64,000 bases of DNA from Candidatus Melainabacteria bacterium (GCA_023250205.1 JAHFBE010000002.1:4084-68083), one strand, 5' to 3'; positions 8,000 through 17,960 are shown, counted from the stretch's first letter. Notes: a model not told the origin generated them from the letters alone. Program-made: numbers and translations.

Positions 8000-9305
8000 T
8001 CAACCAAATAATTGCTTGAGTTCTGATAACTTAGACATAAAATTGTTAGAGGATTTAAAAAAATCGCAAATTTCCTTCTGGGTAGATAGTTCTGGTGGTC
8101 CACAAGAATTATGCAAAAGCTCATTTTATGGAGTGAATCCTAAATATTATATTTATGGCTCTTTAAATGAAATTAACTTATGTGAAAGTGAAAGCGGAGC
8201 AATTACTTTTGCTAAAGAAAACTGCTTTGATTTTTTAGAAGAGAAAATTAAGGAAGAAAAAGGAAATCCAGATGGAATATTTATAGGATATTTTGCTTAT
8301 GATTTATTTCAAGGAAATGAAAAAAGGAACTATCCTGATTTTTTCTTTGCTTATTTTGATGTCATTGTGAGGGAGAACGAAGTCCTGACGAAGCAATCCC
8401 GATCGCTTGTACACAAGTTAGATCAGGATTGCCACGCCTCACTTTATTCGACTTGCAATGACATTTTCACTTCAAATATGACTGACTCTGAATATCTTGA
8501 AAAAGTTAAACAGATTAAAGAAGAAATAAGAGCTGGAAATGTTTATCAGGTAAATCTTACTCGTGAATACTCAGCTACAGTAAAAAACATTGATGATTTA
8601 GGACTTTATCTAAAACTAAGATCAACTTCTCCAAACCCCTATGGTTGTTATTTTAAGACCCCTTTTCTCAGCATTCTTTCAAGTTCACCAGAAGAATTTC
8701 TTTATATCAATAGCAAAGAAAAATACATTAGAACACGTCCAATTAAAGGGACGTTGACTAAAGATGAGTTTGAAATAGATCCAAAGAACCAAGCTGAAAA
8801 CATAATGATTGTGGATTTAGAAAGAAATGATTTAGGCAGGATTTGTGAGTATGGAACGGTGGAGGCTAAGAAATTATTGGAAATTGAGTCATATAAGCAT
8901 TTGAATCATGTTGTTTCTACTGTAGAAGGAAAGCTAAAGTCTGACATAGGATTAAAAAAAATATTTGAGGCGTTATTTCCAGGTGGATCAATTACTGGAG
9001 CTCCAAAAATTTCAGCAATGAAAATTATAGAGAAAGTAGAACCCACAAAAAGAGGAGCTTATACAGGGACGTTTGGTTATATAAAAACAGATGGAACTAT
9101 GGACTTTAATATTTTAATTAGGACAATTTTGGTACAACCAGAACTGTCATTGCGAGTGAATGAAATGAGCGAAGCAATCCTGGACACGTTCCGTGTCACT
9201 TTCAATGTAGGTGGTGGAATTGTTGCAGATTCAAATCCTGAGAGTGAACTGGAAGAGACAAGGTTAAAAGCAGAAGGTATACTTGGAGCATTAAGTGTAG
9301 GGTAA
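7986..9305 (+). CDS. pabB: aminodeoxychorismate synthase component I; carries two in-frame palindromic-element insertions
   Basis: Chorismate-binding motifs GNVYQVNLTR, LERNDLGR, PGGSITGAPK, RGAYTGTFGY and GGGIVADSNPESELEET. The annotated GTG start lies inside a repeat half-element, so the true start is uncertain. Confidence 0.85.
   Translation: MTKQSQPNNCLSSDNLDIKLLEDLKKSQISFWVDSSGGPQELCKSSFYGVNPKYYIYGSLNEINLCESESGAITFAKENCFDFLEEKIKEEKGNPDGIFIGYFAYDLFQGNEKRNYPDFFFAYFDVIVRENEVLTKQSRSLVHKLDQDCHASLYSTCNDIFTSNMTDSEYLEKVKQIKEEIRAGNVYQVNLTREYSATVKNIDDLGLYLKLRSTSPNPYGCYFKTPFLSILSSSPEEFLYINSKEKYIRTRPIKGTLTKDEFEIDPKNQAENIMIVDLERNDLGRICEYGTVEAKKLLEIESYKHLNHVVSTVEGKLKSDIGLKKIFEALFPGGSITGAPKISAMKIIEKVEPTKRGAYTGTFGYIKTDGTMDFNILIRTILVQPELSLRVNEMSEAILDTFRVTFNVGGGIVADSNPESELEETRLKAEGILGALSVG
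8361..8462 (+). repeat. full palindromic element (102 bp) in-frame inside pabB
   Basis: GTCATTGTGAGGG...GACGAAGCAATCCCGATC...GGATTGCCACGCCTCACTTTATTCGACTTGCAATGAC. It encodes VIVRENEVLTKQSRSLVHKLDQDCHASLYSTCND. Confidence 0.85.
9146..9207 (+). repeat. shortened palindromic element (~60 bp) inside the pabB 3' region
   Basis: GTCATTGCGAGTGAATGAAATGAGCGAAGCAATCC...CACTTTCAATG. It encodes SLRVNEMSEAILDTFRVTF. Confidence 0.65.
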
Positions 9306-9306
9306 C

Positions 9307-10152
9307 ATGCTAGTTTTTCTAAATGGACAAGTTATAAATGAAGAAGATGCAAAGATTCCTATAAGCGATCTTTCATATCAGTTTGGCTATGGGCTTTTTG
9401 AAACTATTAGATGTGAACAGGGCATTCCTGTTTTTTTTGAAGAGCATTATGAAAGGCTTACTCATAGTGCAAAGGAAATTGGAATGACATTTCCTGTAGA
9501 GCAGGAAGAGATTAAAAGATGGATAAAAAATGTTTTAACTGCAAATAAACTATCTTCTGCCAGAGTGAAAATAATTATCTCTAAACGTGTTGAAGAAAAA
9601 TTTAATGTTCTTGTTATGGCATCACCATTAGAAAAACTCCCAACATCGTATTCTTTAATGACTTATACTTTGGGGAGAGACTCAAAATCAGTTTCCTTTA
9701 GGCATAAGACTACAAGCAGAGCTGATAGTTACGTTGCTTATAAAAAGGCTAATGAACAGGGCTTTAATGATGCACTGTATGTAAGTGAAAAAAATGAGTT
9801 AATAGAATGTACAAGAGCAAACGTTTTTCTTGTAATGGAAGATAAAATAATTACTCCTCTTTTAGAGAGTGGGATTTTGTCAGGTGTTACAAGAACAAAA
9901 ATTATAGAAATTCTACAAAGAGATGGTATGGAACTGGAAGAAAAGAATGTTCATAGTCTTTATTTAAATAAAGCAAAAAGTGTTTTTATAACCAATGCAA
10001 TTGTTGGGATTATGCCAGTCTCAAAAGTTAAATTTGATGACAAGGAGTATGATTTTTCAAGAGACTCAATTGTTACCAAATTAAAAAATGCTTATGATGT
10101 CTGTGTTCAAGAGTATTTAGGAAAACATATTGATTCTGTTGTTGTTCAGTAA
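9307..10152 (+). CDS. pabC: aminodeoxychorismate lyase / class IV aminotransferase
   Basis: 281 aa, starting 1 bp after the pabB stop. Has the fold-type IV pattern YGLFETIR...HKTTSR...RANVFLV...GILSGVTR. Confidence 0.72.
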   Translation: MLVFLNGQVINEEDAKIPISDLSYQFGYGLFETIRCEQGIPVFFEEHYERLTHSAKEIGMTFPVEQEEIKRWIKNVLTANKLSSARVKIIISKRVEEKFNVLVMASPLEKLPTSYSLMTYTLGRDSKSVSFRHKTTSRADSYVAYKKANEQGFNDALYVSEKNELIECTRANVFLVMEDKIITPLLESGILSGVTRTKIIEILQRDGMELEEKNVHSLYLNKAKSVFITNAIVGIMPVSKVKFDDKEYDFSRDSIVTKLKNAYDVCVQEYLGKHIDSVVVQ

Positions 10153-10362
10153 ATACTGTTAATTCAAGCACTTTTACACATTTTTTACTATTTTAAAGTT
10201 TCTATAACTAACATATGATATATGTTTTATAAAGGAAGCTTTGGATACTGATCCTTTTAAAATTTTATTTAATTAAGTTTTATAGTTCTTAAGATATATA
10301 TAATCATTGTATGTTTTAATCCTGAAGTCTTAGTTTTTTAAAGCTATTAGGAGAAAACAAAT

Positions 10363-10947
10363 ATGCTTCCATTATTTCTTGGTATAGGTACAGGGCTAAT
10401 GCTTGGTGGTGGAGGAAGTAGTGATGGTGGTGGAAGCAGTAGTAGTAGCAGTGCCACTGCCAGTTCTGTTTCAAATTCTTCAGCTACAGCTAGTCTATTG
10501 AGCGATAATACCATTTATAATTTTACTCCACCTGGAGAAGGTACACACTTAGCTACCAGTACAAATACATTATCCCCCAATCAAGATGGTTTAACATCAT
10601 GGATGGCAAACATGTTTGCCTCTTTCACAAATGGTTTATTAGATACGGTAGGAGTTACTCCGGCAAATGATGGAAATAGTACCCTTTCTCAATTAGCTCA
10701 ATTAAGCTCAGGGCGTCCAGGAAGCACTGGTCAATCAACTGATGAATCTAGTGAATCAGGGACTGTTTCTACTGGAACCAATGAATCTTCCTCAGAAGAT
10801 CCTTTTATAATAAATGGGGCAACAGATATTTTGGCTAATATGCTCTCTTTTGGAACAAACAGTCTTATACAGTTATATCGTAATTTTCAACAAAGGGATT
10901 ATTTAACATCAATCCAAGGTAGTAATAGCAGTTCAATTGAAACTTAA
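10363..10947 (+). CDS. Ser/Gly/Thr-rich hypothetical protein
   Basis: 194-aa ORF preceded by AGGAG 7 bp upstream. Low-complexity N-terminal half (GGGGSSDGGGSSSSSSATASS). Confidence 0.4.
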   Translation: MLPLFLGIGTGLMLGGGGSSDGGGSSSSSSATASSVSNSSATASLLSDNTIYNFTPPGEGTHLATSTNTLSPNQDGLTSWMANMFASFTNGLLDTVGVTPANDGNSTLSQLAQLSSGRPGSTGQSTDESSESGTVSTGTNESSSEDPFIINGATDILANMLSFGTNSLIQLYRNFQQRDYLTSIQGSNSSSIET

Positions 10948-11349
10948 TCTGTGACATCTACTACTTCGCAGACAATTTAATTAGAGCCTTTTATAGGGTA
11001 TAAAGTAATCCATTAAGTGAAAAAGGTTTATTTTAATAATTATTAGCCGCACTATTTTAGAAGAACATCTTCAGAAAGTCTGCCAAGAAGTTCTGAAACA
11101 ATACTTTCGTAAGCTATAGACTTTCTTTGAAATAAATCTCTCTCTCTTGAAGAGTATCTGGTTTGTAGACTTGCCTTGCTTTATAGGTTTCAGAGAGTAT
11201 TAGAGTAACTCTTGCTATTGGAACTAGTAAACTATCTGACAATGTATCTAGTTTACTTTTCCTGAAGTTATGTGTATTTGCAGCAAATACACATGCAATG
11301 TATGGATTATTAATAGAAAGAGATCATGTGTTTTAAGCTTTGTACTAAG

Positions 11350-12930
11350 CTAAACCCCTTTTTTTAATTTAAATTCGTCTGTTTGTGGTGCTACTTTTGT
11401 ACCTGTATTTAATGCGCTAATTAATTTATTTAGTGCGTTTAGATAAGCTTTTGCACACGCTAAAGTGATATCAGTGTTTGCAGCATGACCACTGTAAACA
11501 GCGCCGTCTTTTTCTTTTATTCTAATGGTTACTTCACCAAGAGCATCTATTCCTTCTGTCACTGACTGAACGGAAAATTCTATCAATTCATTTTGAACAT
11601 TTACAATTTTGTTTATAGCTTTATAAATAGCATCAACAGGACCAGTTCCAAGAGCAGAATCTTTTAAGAAAGTGTTATCACTTGTTCTCCTGAGGCAAAC
11701 ACTTGCAGTGGGCAAACCTGTTCCACATGCTATTTGCAGGTTTTCAAGTTCATAGTGAGAAACTGTTTCCTGGATTCTTTGTTCATCACGAACTATTGAT
11801 TCTAAATCCCTGTCCTCAACACGTTTTTTCTTATCAGCAATTTCTTTAAATCTTATAAATGCTTTATCAAGCTGTTCCTCGCTTAAGTGATATCCTAGCT
11901 CTATTAACTTTTCTTTTAAGGCATGGCGTCCTGATCGTGGACCAAGTGGTAATTTTGAAGAAAGTAGTCCTACATCTTCAGGGTTCATGATTTCATAAGT
12001 TCTTTTGTATTTTAAGAAACCATCCTGATGTATTCCTGCTTCATGTGAAAATGCATTTGCTCCAACAATTGCTTTATTTGGCTGGACAAGCATATTTGTA
12101 AGTGTACTTACTAAGCGGCTTGCTCTATAAATTTGTGTACTGTCAATGTTTGTATATAAACCAAGAGTTGGTCTTGTTTTTAAAATCATTACAATTTCTT
12201 CAAGTGAACAATTTCCAGCTCTTTCACCAATCCCGTTTATTGTACATTCTATTTGACGGGCACCATTAGTAACAGCACTTAAAGAATTAGCTACAGCTAA
12301 ACCCAAGTCATTATGACAATGAACAGAAATAATAGCTTTGTCTATGTTCGGTACGTTTTCTTTTATCCCTTTAATTATTCCTCCAAATTCAAGAGGTACG
12401 GTATAACCAACTGTATCAGGGATATTTAATGTAGTTGCTCCAGCTTCAATTACAGCCTGCAATATTTCATATAGAAACTTTGGATCTGATCTTCCTGCAT
12501 CTTCGGGAGAGAATTCTATATCATCAGTGAATTGTTTTGCATATGAGACACACTCAACAGCAATTTTTAAAACCTTGTCACGGGACATTTTTAACTTATG
12601 CTCCATATGAATATCACTGGTCGCTATAAATGTGTGAATCCTTCTTTTTTTTGCTGGTTCTAGAGCCTGAGCGGCTTTATCAATATCTTCTTTTTTTGCT
12701 CTTGCTAGTCCGCAGATTACTGGACCTGGAACTTCTTTTGAAATTAATCTAACAGCTTCAAAATCTCCCGGGCTTGAAAATGGGAATCCTGCTTCAATAA
12801 TATCTACACCAAGTTTTGCAAGCTGCTTGGCAATCTCTAACTTTTCCTGAATATTTAATGTAGCTCCAGGTGATTGTTCACCGTCACGGAGAGTTGTATC
12901 AAATATATAAACTTTATCGCTTTTATCCAT
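11350..12930 (-). CDS. leuA: 2-isopropylmalate synthase
   Basis: Motifs [14 protein letters not shown] and [14 protein letters not shown], plus a C-terminal LeuA dimerisation/regulatory region. Confidence 0.92.
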   Translation of the reverse strand: MDKSDKVYIFDTTLRDGEQSPGATLNIQEKLEIAKQLAKLGVDIIEAGFPFSSPGDFEAVRLISKEVPGPVICGLARAKKEDIDKAAQALEPAKKRRIHTFIATSDIHMEHKLKMSRDKVLKIAVECVSYAKQFTDDIEFSPEDAGRSDPKFLYEILQAVIEAGATTLNIPDTVGYTVPLEFGGIIKGIKENVPNIDKAIISVHCHNDLGLAVANSLSAVTNGARQIECTINGIGERAGNCSLEEIVMILKTRPTLGLYTNIDSTQIYRASRLVSTLTNMLVQPNKAIVGANAFSHEAGIHQDGFLKYKRTYEIMNPEDVGLLSSKLPLGPRSGRHALKEKLIELGYHLSEEQLDKAFIRFKEIADKKKRVEDRDLESIVRDEQRIQETVSHYELENLQIACGTGLPTASVCLRRTSDNTFLKDSALGTGPVDAIYKAINKIVNVQNELIEFSVQSVTEGIDALGEVTIRIKEKDGAVYSGHAANTDITLACAKAYLNALNKLISALNTGTKVAPQTDEFKLKKGV

Positions 12931-12984
12931 TTGTGTTTATTTTACCAAAAAATAATAACAGACAAAAGACTTTGCAATTATCAT

Positions 12985-13030
12985 GTCATTCTGAGCCAAA
13001 GGCGAAGAATCTCATGACGTTATGAGATCC
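12985..13030. repeat. variant half element plus hairpin between the ABC gene and leuA
   Basis: GTCATTCTGAGCCAAAGGCGAAGAATCTCATGACGTTATGAGATCC, in which ATCTCAT pairs with ATGAGAT. Confidence 0.55.
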
Positions 13031-15448
13031 TTAGGTAGTAGCTTTTCTGGCTGAAGTTGCTTTTCCTGGCTTTGATTGTTTGCTGAACTTAACTGTTTTT
13101 CCACCCCCACCTTTTTTCTCAAGTTCTGAACTGTATTCAATTAACTTTTCATCATGAGTAACACAAATAATAGTTGTTCCTCCTTTGTGGATCTTTTGAA
13201 GAATATTCCTAATTTCTAGAGCAGTTTCTGAATCGAGACCTTGTGTAGGTTCATCAAGCAGTAAGATTTTTGGTTTTGTATACAAAGCTCTTGCCAGTCC
13301 AAATCTTACTCTCTCTCCACCGGATAAATATTTAAGAGCCTCACATTGACCAACTTTTTCACCAAGGATGTCAGTGAATTGATGTAAATTTAAATATTCT
13401 AATAATTTCTTAAGAGTTTCATCATCGTCAGTAGCTTCATTATAAAAAACTATATTTTCTCTTAACGTCATCTCTGAAAATATATCAGGCTTTTGATTTG
13501 CGTAAGACATGACTGAGTAGATTGACTCATCACCATATTTTTTAACATCGGTAGTTTTAACTCCACCCTTTCCATTGCTTTCACCAATCAGAATACTGCC
13601 GTTCTCTGGTTGATGAAGTCCTGCGATGTTCTTTAGAAGAGTAGATTTTCCTATTCCTGAAGGACCGGCAATAGTTACAAAGTCACCTTGTTTAATATCT
13701 AAATTGATTCCTTTTAAAATGTTTTTGAACCTCAATCCTTTTATTGAAATATTGAAATTATTTAATTTAGAAACAGGGATTCTTCTCTTCTCTTCTTCCC
13801 CATCAGGAAGGTCAGGTTTCTCAAATTCTCCAAGGATTCTTTCCATTCTTCTAATATTTTCGCGGAGTCTGGGAAATTCTTTGCAGAGTTTATTAACCAT
13901 CTCTTTAAACGGATCACTTATTCCTTCTGAATACAATACATTTGAAAAGACAGCACCTTCTGAGATTTTACCCATCCAGTGTAGACAAAGAGAAGATAAT
14001 GCAGACAATATTTGAGTTGTACTAAATGTAAAATAAGAAGTGTATCTTAATTTTGTTTCATAGAGAAGTCTTTGCAGAGTTAGCTTATCAAGCTGATCCA
14101 TTTTATCTTTCACAGAACGTTCTATTTTTGGAGTGTTTGGAGAGGTTAATATTGTTTCTATTCCATCCTTTACTGAAGCTAATTCATTTGCTACTTTTTC
14201 TTTAGCTTTTGTTGCTTCCCTGTGTACGGGACTGATTTTACGGTTATAGGTTTTGCCTATCATGAAGGTTATAGGAATACTCAGAAGATTAATGAAAGTA
14301 AGAAGAGGATTTATAAGTGTTAAGCCGATTAAAGAAGCTCCTACAGCAATTGTCTTTGGAAAAAGAAGAGACATAGATTCAGAGAGAATGGTAATAGTTG
14401 ATTCTTTGCCACGCTCTAAACTTTCTATGATTTCGCCTAAAGATCTATCTTGTGTAAATTTATATTTATTGAAAATTAATGACTGAGAAATTCTTCTGTT
14501 AATTTTAGATCTGACATCGTTCATTAATTTTGCTTCATTTAATTCTCCCGCTAAATCAAAATAAGCAGAAATTCCATTTCCTGTAAGAAGCCCGACGGTT
14601 GGTAAGGCAATTCCATACTGAAAGAAAAAAGGAGCAACTCCCTGTATTGTGCCTGAAAGAAGGTGGCTCAACATTATTTTAGCTATCGTCCCCTTACTCT
14701 TTCCCATCTCATACTGATTCCACAGTTTTGTCATGGCAATTAGTAAACTATCTTCATCTTTTGCAGATACAATAAGCTCAGTTAAAATTTCTATCTCATC
14801 TTTTGTTAGTGGATACCTTTTTGTTAGATTTTTCAAAAGCTCATTTCTAATCTCTATCTGGTCTTCGATTTCTGCTTTATAATAGTTTGAAGCTTGAAGA
14901 AACTCATTTATATCTTGCTCAAAAGATTTTGCATTATGAATGTTTATAAGAGAATCAAAGTGAAACCAGCTTAATGCCTCAAGTTCCTGAAGCTTCTCCT
15001 CGCATAGATGTTGACTAGGTATAGCTTTTATACTTTCAATTAGATCACGAGTCCAGCTTTCTATTTTTTCACCTACTTCTTCACTTTCAATATCGATGAA
15101 TTCACGATGAGGATGATTCTCTGATACGGTTGTTTTTATTTCTATACTTTCTATAAGTTTTTGATATTTCCCTGTCAATTCTGAATTAAGTAATTTAGCA
15201 AGTGTAAAAATACTTTCTGGTTGTAATTCTTGCTCTTCTTTTACTCCATCCAATTCTGATTGATTAAATCTTTGAATGGCAAATCTTAAAGATTGTTCGT
15301 ATTCAAAAGATGTAATAGGTGAGTGGGTTTCTTTAGTAACATTAGTGGGGGCTTCTGAAGAAGCTTTTATTCTTTCAACCTCTTTTTTTATTGGTCTGAA
15401 AGAATCACTCTCAGGGTGCTTAAATAATTTTTCTACAAGTAAACTCAT
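13031..15448 (-). CDS. ABC exporter (fused TMD-NBD) with a ~250-aa N-terminal helical extension
   Basis: Walker A GPSGIGKST, signature LSGGERVRFGLARAL, Walker B ILLLDEPT and H-loop VTHD. Hydrophobic segments lie mid-protein and the C-terminal tail is basic. Confidence 0.8.
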   Translation of the reverse strand: MSLLVEKLFKHPESDSFRPIKKEVERIKASSEAPTNVTKETHSPITSFEYEQSLRFAIQRFNQSELDGVKEEQELQPESIFTLAKLLNSELTGKYQKLIESIEIKTTVSENHPHREFIDIESEEVGEKIESWTRDLIESIKAIPSQHLCEEKLQELEALSWFHFDSLINIHNAKSFEQDINEFLQASNYYKAEIEDQIEIRNELLKNLTKRYPLTKDEIEILTELIVSAKDEDSLLIAMTKLWNQYEMGKSKGTIAKIMLSHLLSGTIQGVAPFFFQYGIALPTVGLLTGNGISAYFDLAGELNEAKLMNDVRSKINRRISQSLIFNKYKFTQDRSLGEIIESLERGKESTITILSESMSLLFPKTIAVGASLIGLTLINPLLTFINLLSIPITFMIGKTYNRKISPVHREATKAKEKVANELASVKDGIETILTSPNTPKIERSVKDKMDQLDKLTLQRLLYETKLRYTSYFTFSTTQILSALSSLCLHWMGKISEGAVFSNVLYSEGISDPFKEMVNKLCKEFPRLRENIRRMERILGEFEKPDLPDGEEEKRRIPVSKLNNFNISIKGLRFKNILKGINLDIKQGDFVTIAGPSGIGKSTLLKNIAGLHQPENGSILIGESNGKGGVKTTDVKKYGDESIYSVMSYANQKPDIFSEMTLRENIVFYNEATDDDETLKKLLEYLNLHQFTDILGEKVGQCEALKYLSGGERVRFGLARALYTKPKILLLDEPTQGLDSETALEIRNILQKIHKGGTTIICVTHDEKLIEYSSELEKKGGGGKTVKFSKQSKPGKATSARKATT

Positions 15449-15539
15449 TTTAATATTTTAAAAACTAATAGACTTAAATTAGCATTTAGTAGAAAACCTC
15501 TTTTTATTTGCAGAGTATGTATAAGTGCTTGATTAAGCT

Positions 15540-17867
15540 TTATGAAACCAGTGCTAGATTTTCATTTGAACCCCATAAAATATCCTCAACTATGTCCCAT
15601 AATCTTTTCTGAATAGCATTTTGCGGCATTCTTTGTGACTGTTGACCCGTAGTAACAAGAATTTTTCCAAATCCATGTTTATTTGGATCAAAGTTTCTGT
15701 CAGTTGTAAATCCTTGTCTTTCCAAATTGTTATCAGAATATGCTCCTTTGCATTTATAGTTATAGAGGAATTCTGGGGTTAAAAACTCTATTACAGGAGG
15801 CTTGTTCCCACCCAAATGAACAATAGATGTTCCAATGATTGGGTTATATCCTCTCCACCATTCATACCCTGAAAGCCCTGCTAAAGAGCCGTTAATAACA
15901 CCAATTTTATTACTTGCCATCATATATGAAGGATGGTGATAATGACCTGCATTCATTAAATTGAGTTCTTTCATAAGAGGTCCAGTAGAAGAGCGGAGCA
16001 ATGTTGCAAACTGGTTTATTGGTAATTCGCCACTTCCTTTACCACCCCTTTCCATCATTATGTGTTGAGCCAAAACTTTATGTGCTGCTAGTTCTGCAAT
16101 GGCTGTATAAGACTTAAAGTGACTTGTTCCTGCTCTTACAGTGTCATAAGAATGAAGGGTGGTTTTGAAAGTTTTCTCAGAGGCTTCATTAAACAATATT
16201 TTTAAGAACATAGAGTGAGTTGATCCATGGCGGTCATGTCCGGAGTTCCATTCATGATTTCCCGGAGTAATGTGCACTGCTTGAAGATTGCCTTTAGCTT
16301 CATGTGGCATTTTTTCTAAGGCATCTCTTAGCATTGTGTATATAAACTCTTGTTGGGAATCTATGGTAACCAATCCCATGTTTGTATTTTCGTTTGGCAT
16401 TTCTGGATAGTTTCTTCCCTGAATAATGTCACCATTCATAAACATCATTCCCTTTTGTTTCATTAAAACTGAATGTAGGACATAGTCCATGGCTTTAACA
16501 GCAAGATCTGGTCGGGCTGTTACTGAGCCGGTTTGCCAATCAGAGAAAAATATTGCAGCGTGTGGTTCTGAAGTCTTTGCTGCAAGATTCATTAAGGTGT
16601 CATTCATAAGATGAACGGATATGCGTCCATCATCATGGAACTCTAATTGCTGTACGCCAGCAATGTTTAGTTCTCCTCTAGACTTTGCAATTCGTTCTGC
16701 TTTATCGATTTGTACTCGCGCAAAAGAACTGGAGTCAAAATTATATGTAGTCATCCCGGGAGTAGAGGTAATAAGCGTGTTTCCATGCATCAACCCAACA
16801 GAATGTTGATGGTTTTCTGTAATAAAAGCATTAGGAACTTTTTTATCTGATGCCTCCATTTGAGACAATATTGATCTTGCAGATTTTGTAGGATCTTGTA
16901 CCATGCTAGTTGCCGTTTGTCTGAACTCATGTCGTCCACTTAAGTTTGTACTTTTTCCTTTAGTTGTAAGCTCTAAATTATAGTCATCAGTTACAATTAG
17001 CTTGTCTTGTGGTCTTCCACTGTAAGGAATGTTTTCGACTTCAAGAACTTGATTTTGTAACTCAGTTAATGCTTCTCCTCTTTCAAGTCTGCCATGTGCA
17101 TCTAATAGTAAAAGATATTCTTCAATGTTTTCTTCAGCATCTCTTTGGACTTCTTCAGCTGTAGAAAGCCTGCGACCACATCGCAGCATATATTCAAATA
17201 CTACGTCCCATTGAAATTCAAAATTCCTTTGCCATAGGTGAGATTGTTGTGCTCTATCAAATGCTGCAAAACTTGTAGGCCAATCATCTCCATTTTCTCT
17301 TGCTATGCCTTCTAAAGTTCTTACGGCATCATAAGTATAGTCCTCAATAATTTTCTGATCATTGTCAGATTTGTTATAAACAACAGTGAGTCCCATCTTT
17401 TGCAATCTTTCTATAAACGCCTTGGCTTCTCCAAACTGTTGATGGACGCTCATTGTTTTTACTCTGCGATTATTCTTTTCTCTGTTTTGATAGTTCCCAA
17501 ATAAAAGTCCTGAAACTATTACTACATCTGGTCTTTCTCTTGGAGGGAGTGATTCCAGATGTGAAAGAGCTCTTTCTGCAAAATCTAAATCCGCATCTTT
17601 ATGTCCATAAAGAAGTTCTGTTAAGTGCATAACCCTCGCACTCTTTCCCTTTATATCCACATGTAATTTGTCAACTGTGCGGGTTTCGTTAAATTTTTTA
17701 TGTGCATTATCATCTTCTTTGAGCCCTTCAATGTGCTTTTGTGTAATGGTAGCTCGAAGAGTAGGATCTTCTTCAACAATTTCTTCTGAGGTCTTATTGG
17801 ATTCTTTTGGTGTCTTACTTGCTTTTATTGGTGGAACTGTTGCCGCTGTAGTTTGTGATAGTTTCAT
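15540..17867 (-). CDS. large metallophosphoesterase-like protein
   Basis: The C-terminal half carries calcineurin-type motifs NGDIIQGRN, TPGNHEWN and AGHYHHP. The N-terminal half has a degenerate copy (VVIVSGLLFGN). No signal peptide. Confidence 0.6.
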   Translation of the reverse strand: MKLSQTTAATVPPIKASKTPKESNKTSEEIVEEDPTLRATITQKHIEGLKEDDNAHKKFNETRTVDKLHVDIKGKSARVMHLTELLYGHKDADLDFAERALSHLESLPPRERPDVVIVSGLLFGNYQNREKNNRRVKTMSVHQQFGEAKAFIERLQKMGLTVVYNKSDNDQKIIEDYTYDAVRTLEGIARENGDDWPTSFAAFDRAQQSHLWQRNFEFQWDVVFEYMLRCGRRLSTAEEVQRDAEENIEEYLLLLDAHGRLERGEALTELQNQVLEVENIPYSGRPQDKLIVTDDYNLELTTKGKSTNLSGRHEFRQTATSMVQDPTKSARSILSQMEASDKKVPNAFITENHQHSVGLMHGNTLITSTPGMTTYNFDSSSFARVQIDKAERIAKSRGELNIAGVQQLEFHDDGRISVHLMNDTLMNLAAKTSEPHAAIFFSDWQTGSVTARPDLAVKAMDYVLHSVLMKQKGMMFMNGDIIQGRNYPEMPNENTNMGLVTIDSQQEFIYTMLRDALEKMPHEAKGNLQAVHITPGNHEWNSGHDRHGSTHSMFLKILFNEASEKTFKTTLHSYDTVRAGTSHFKSYTAIAELAAHKVLAQHIMMERGGKGSGELPINQFATLLRSSTGPLMKELNLMNAGHYHHPSYMMASNKIGVINGSLAGLSGYEWWRGYNPIIGTSIVHLGGNKPPVIEFLTPEFLYNYKCKGAYSDNNLERQGFTTDRNFDPNKHGFGKILVTTGQQSQRMPQNAIQKRLWDIVEDILWGSNENLALVS

Positions 17868-17960
17868 TTGTTCTCCCCCTTCTACTCAGGACTTTACACT
17901 AAGGCAATAGAATCTATCCCCTATTAAGGAAGCTCTTTCTATGAATTGTTTGCCTTGCTC

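Noticed and set aside
11040-11300. A minus-strand open frame of about 62 codons without an ATG (…SKLDTLSDSLLVPIARVTLILSETYKARQVYKPDTLQERERF…), plus the hairpin GTGTATTT-GCAGC-AAATACAC downstream of leuA.
   Set aside because: It has no start codon, no recognisable motif and no T-run after the hairpin. It may be a gene remnant or a weak terminator, but neither can be supported.
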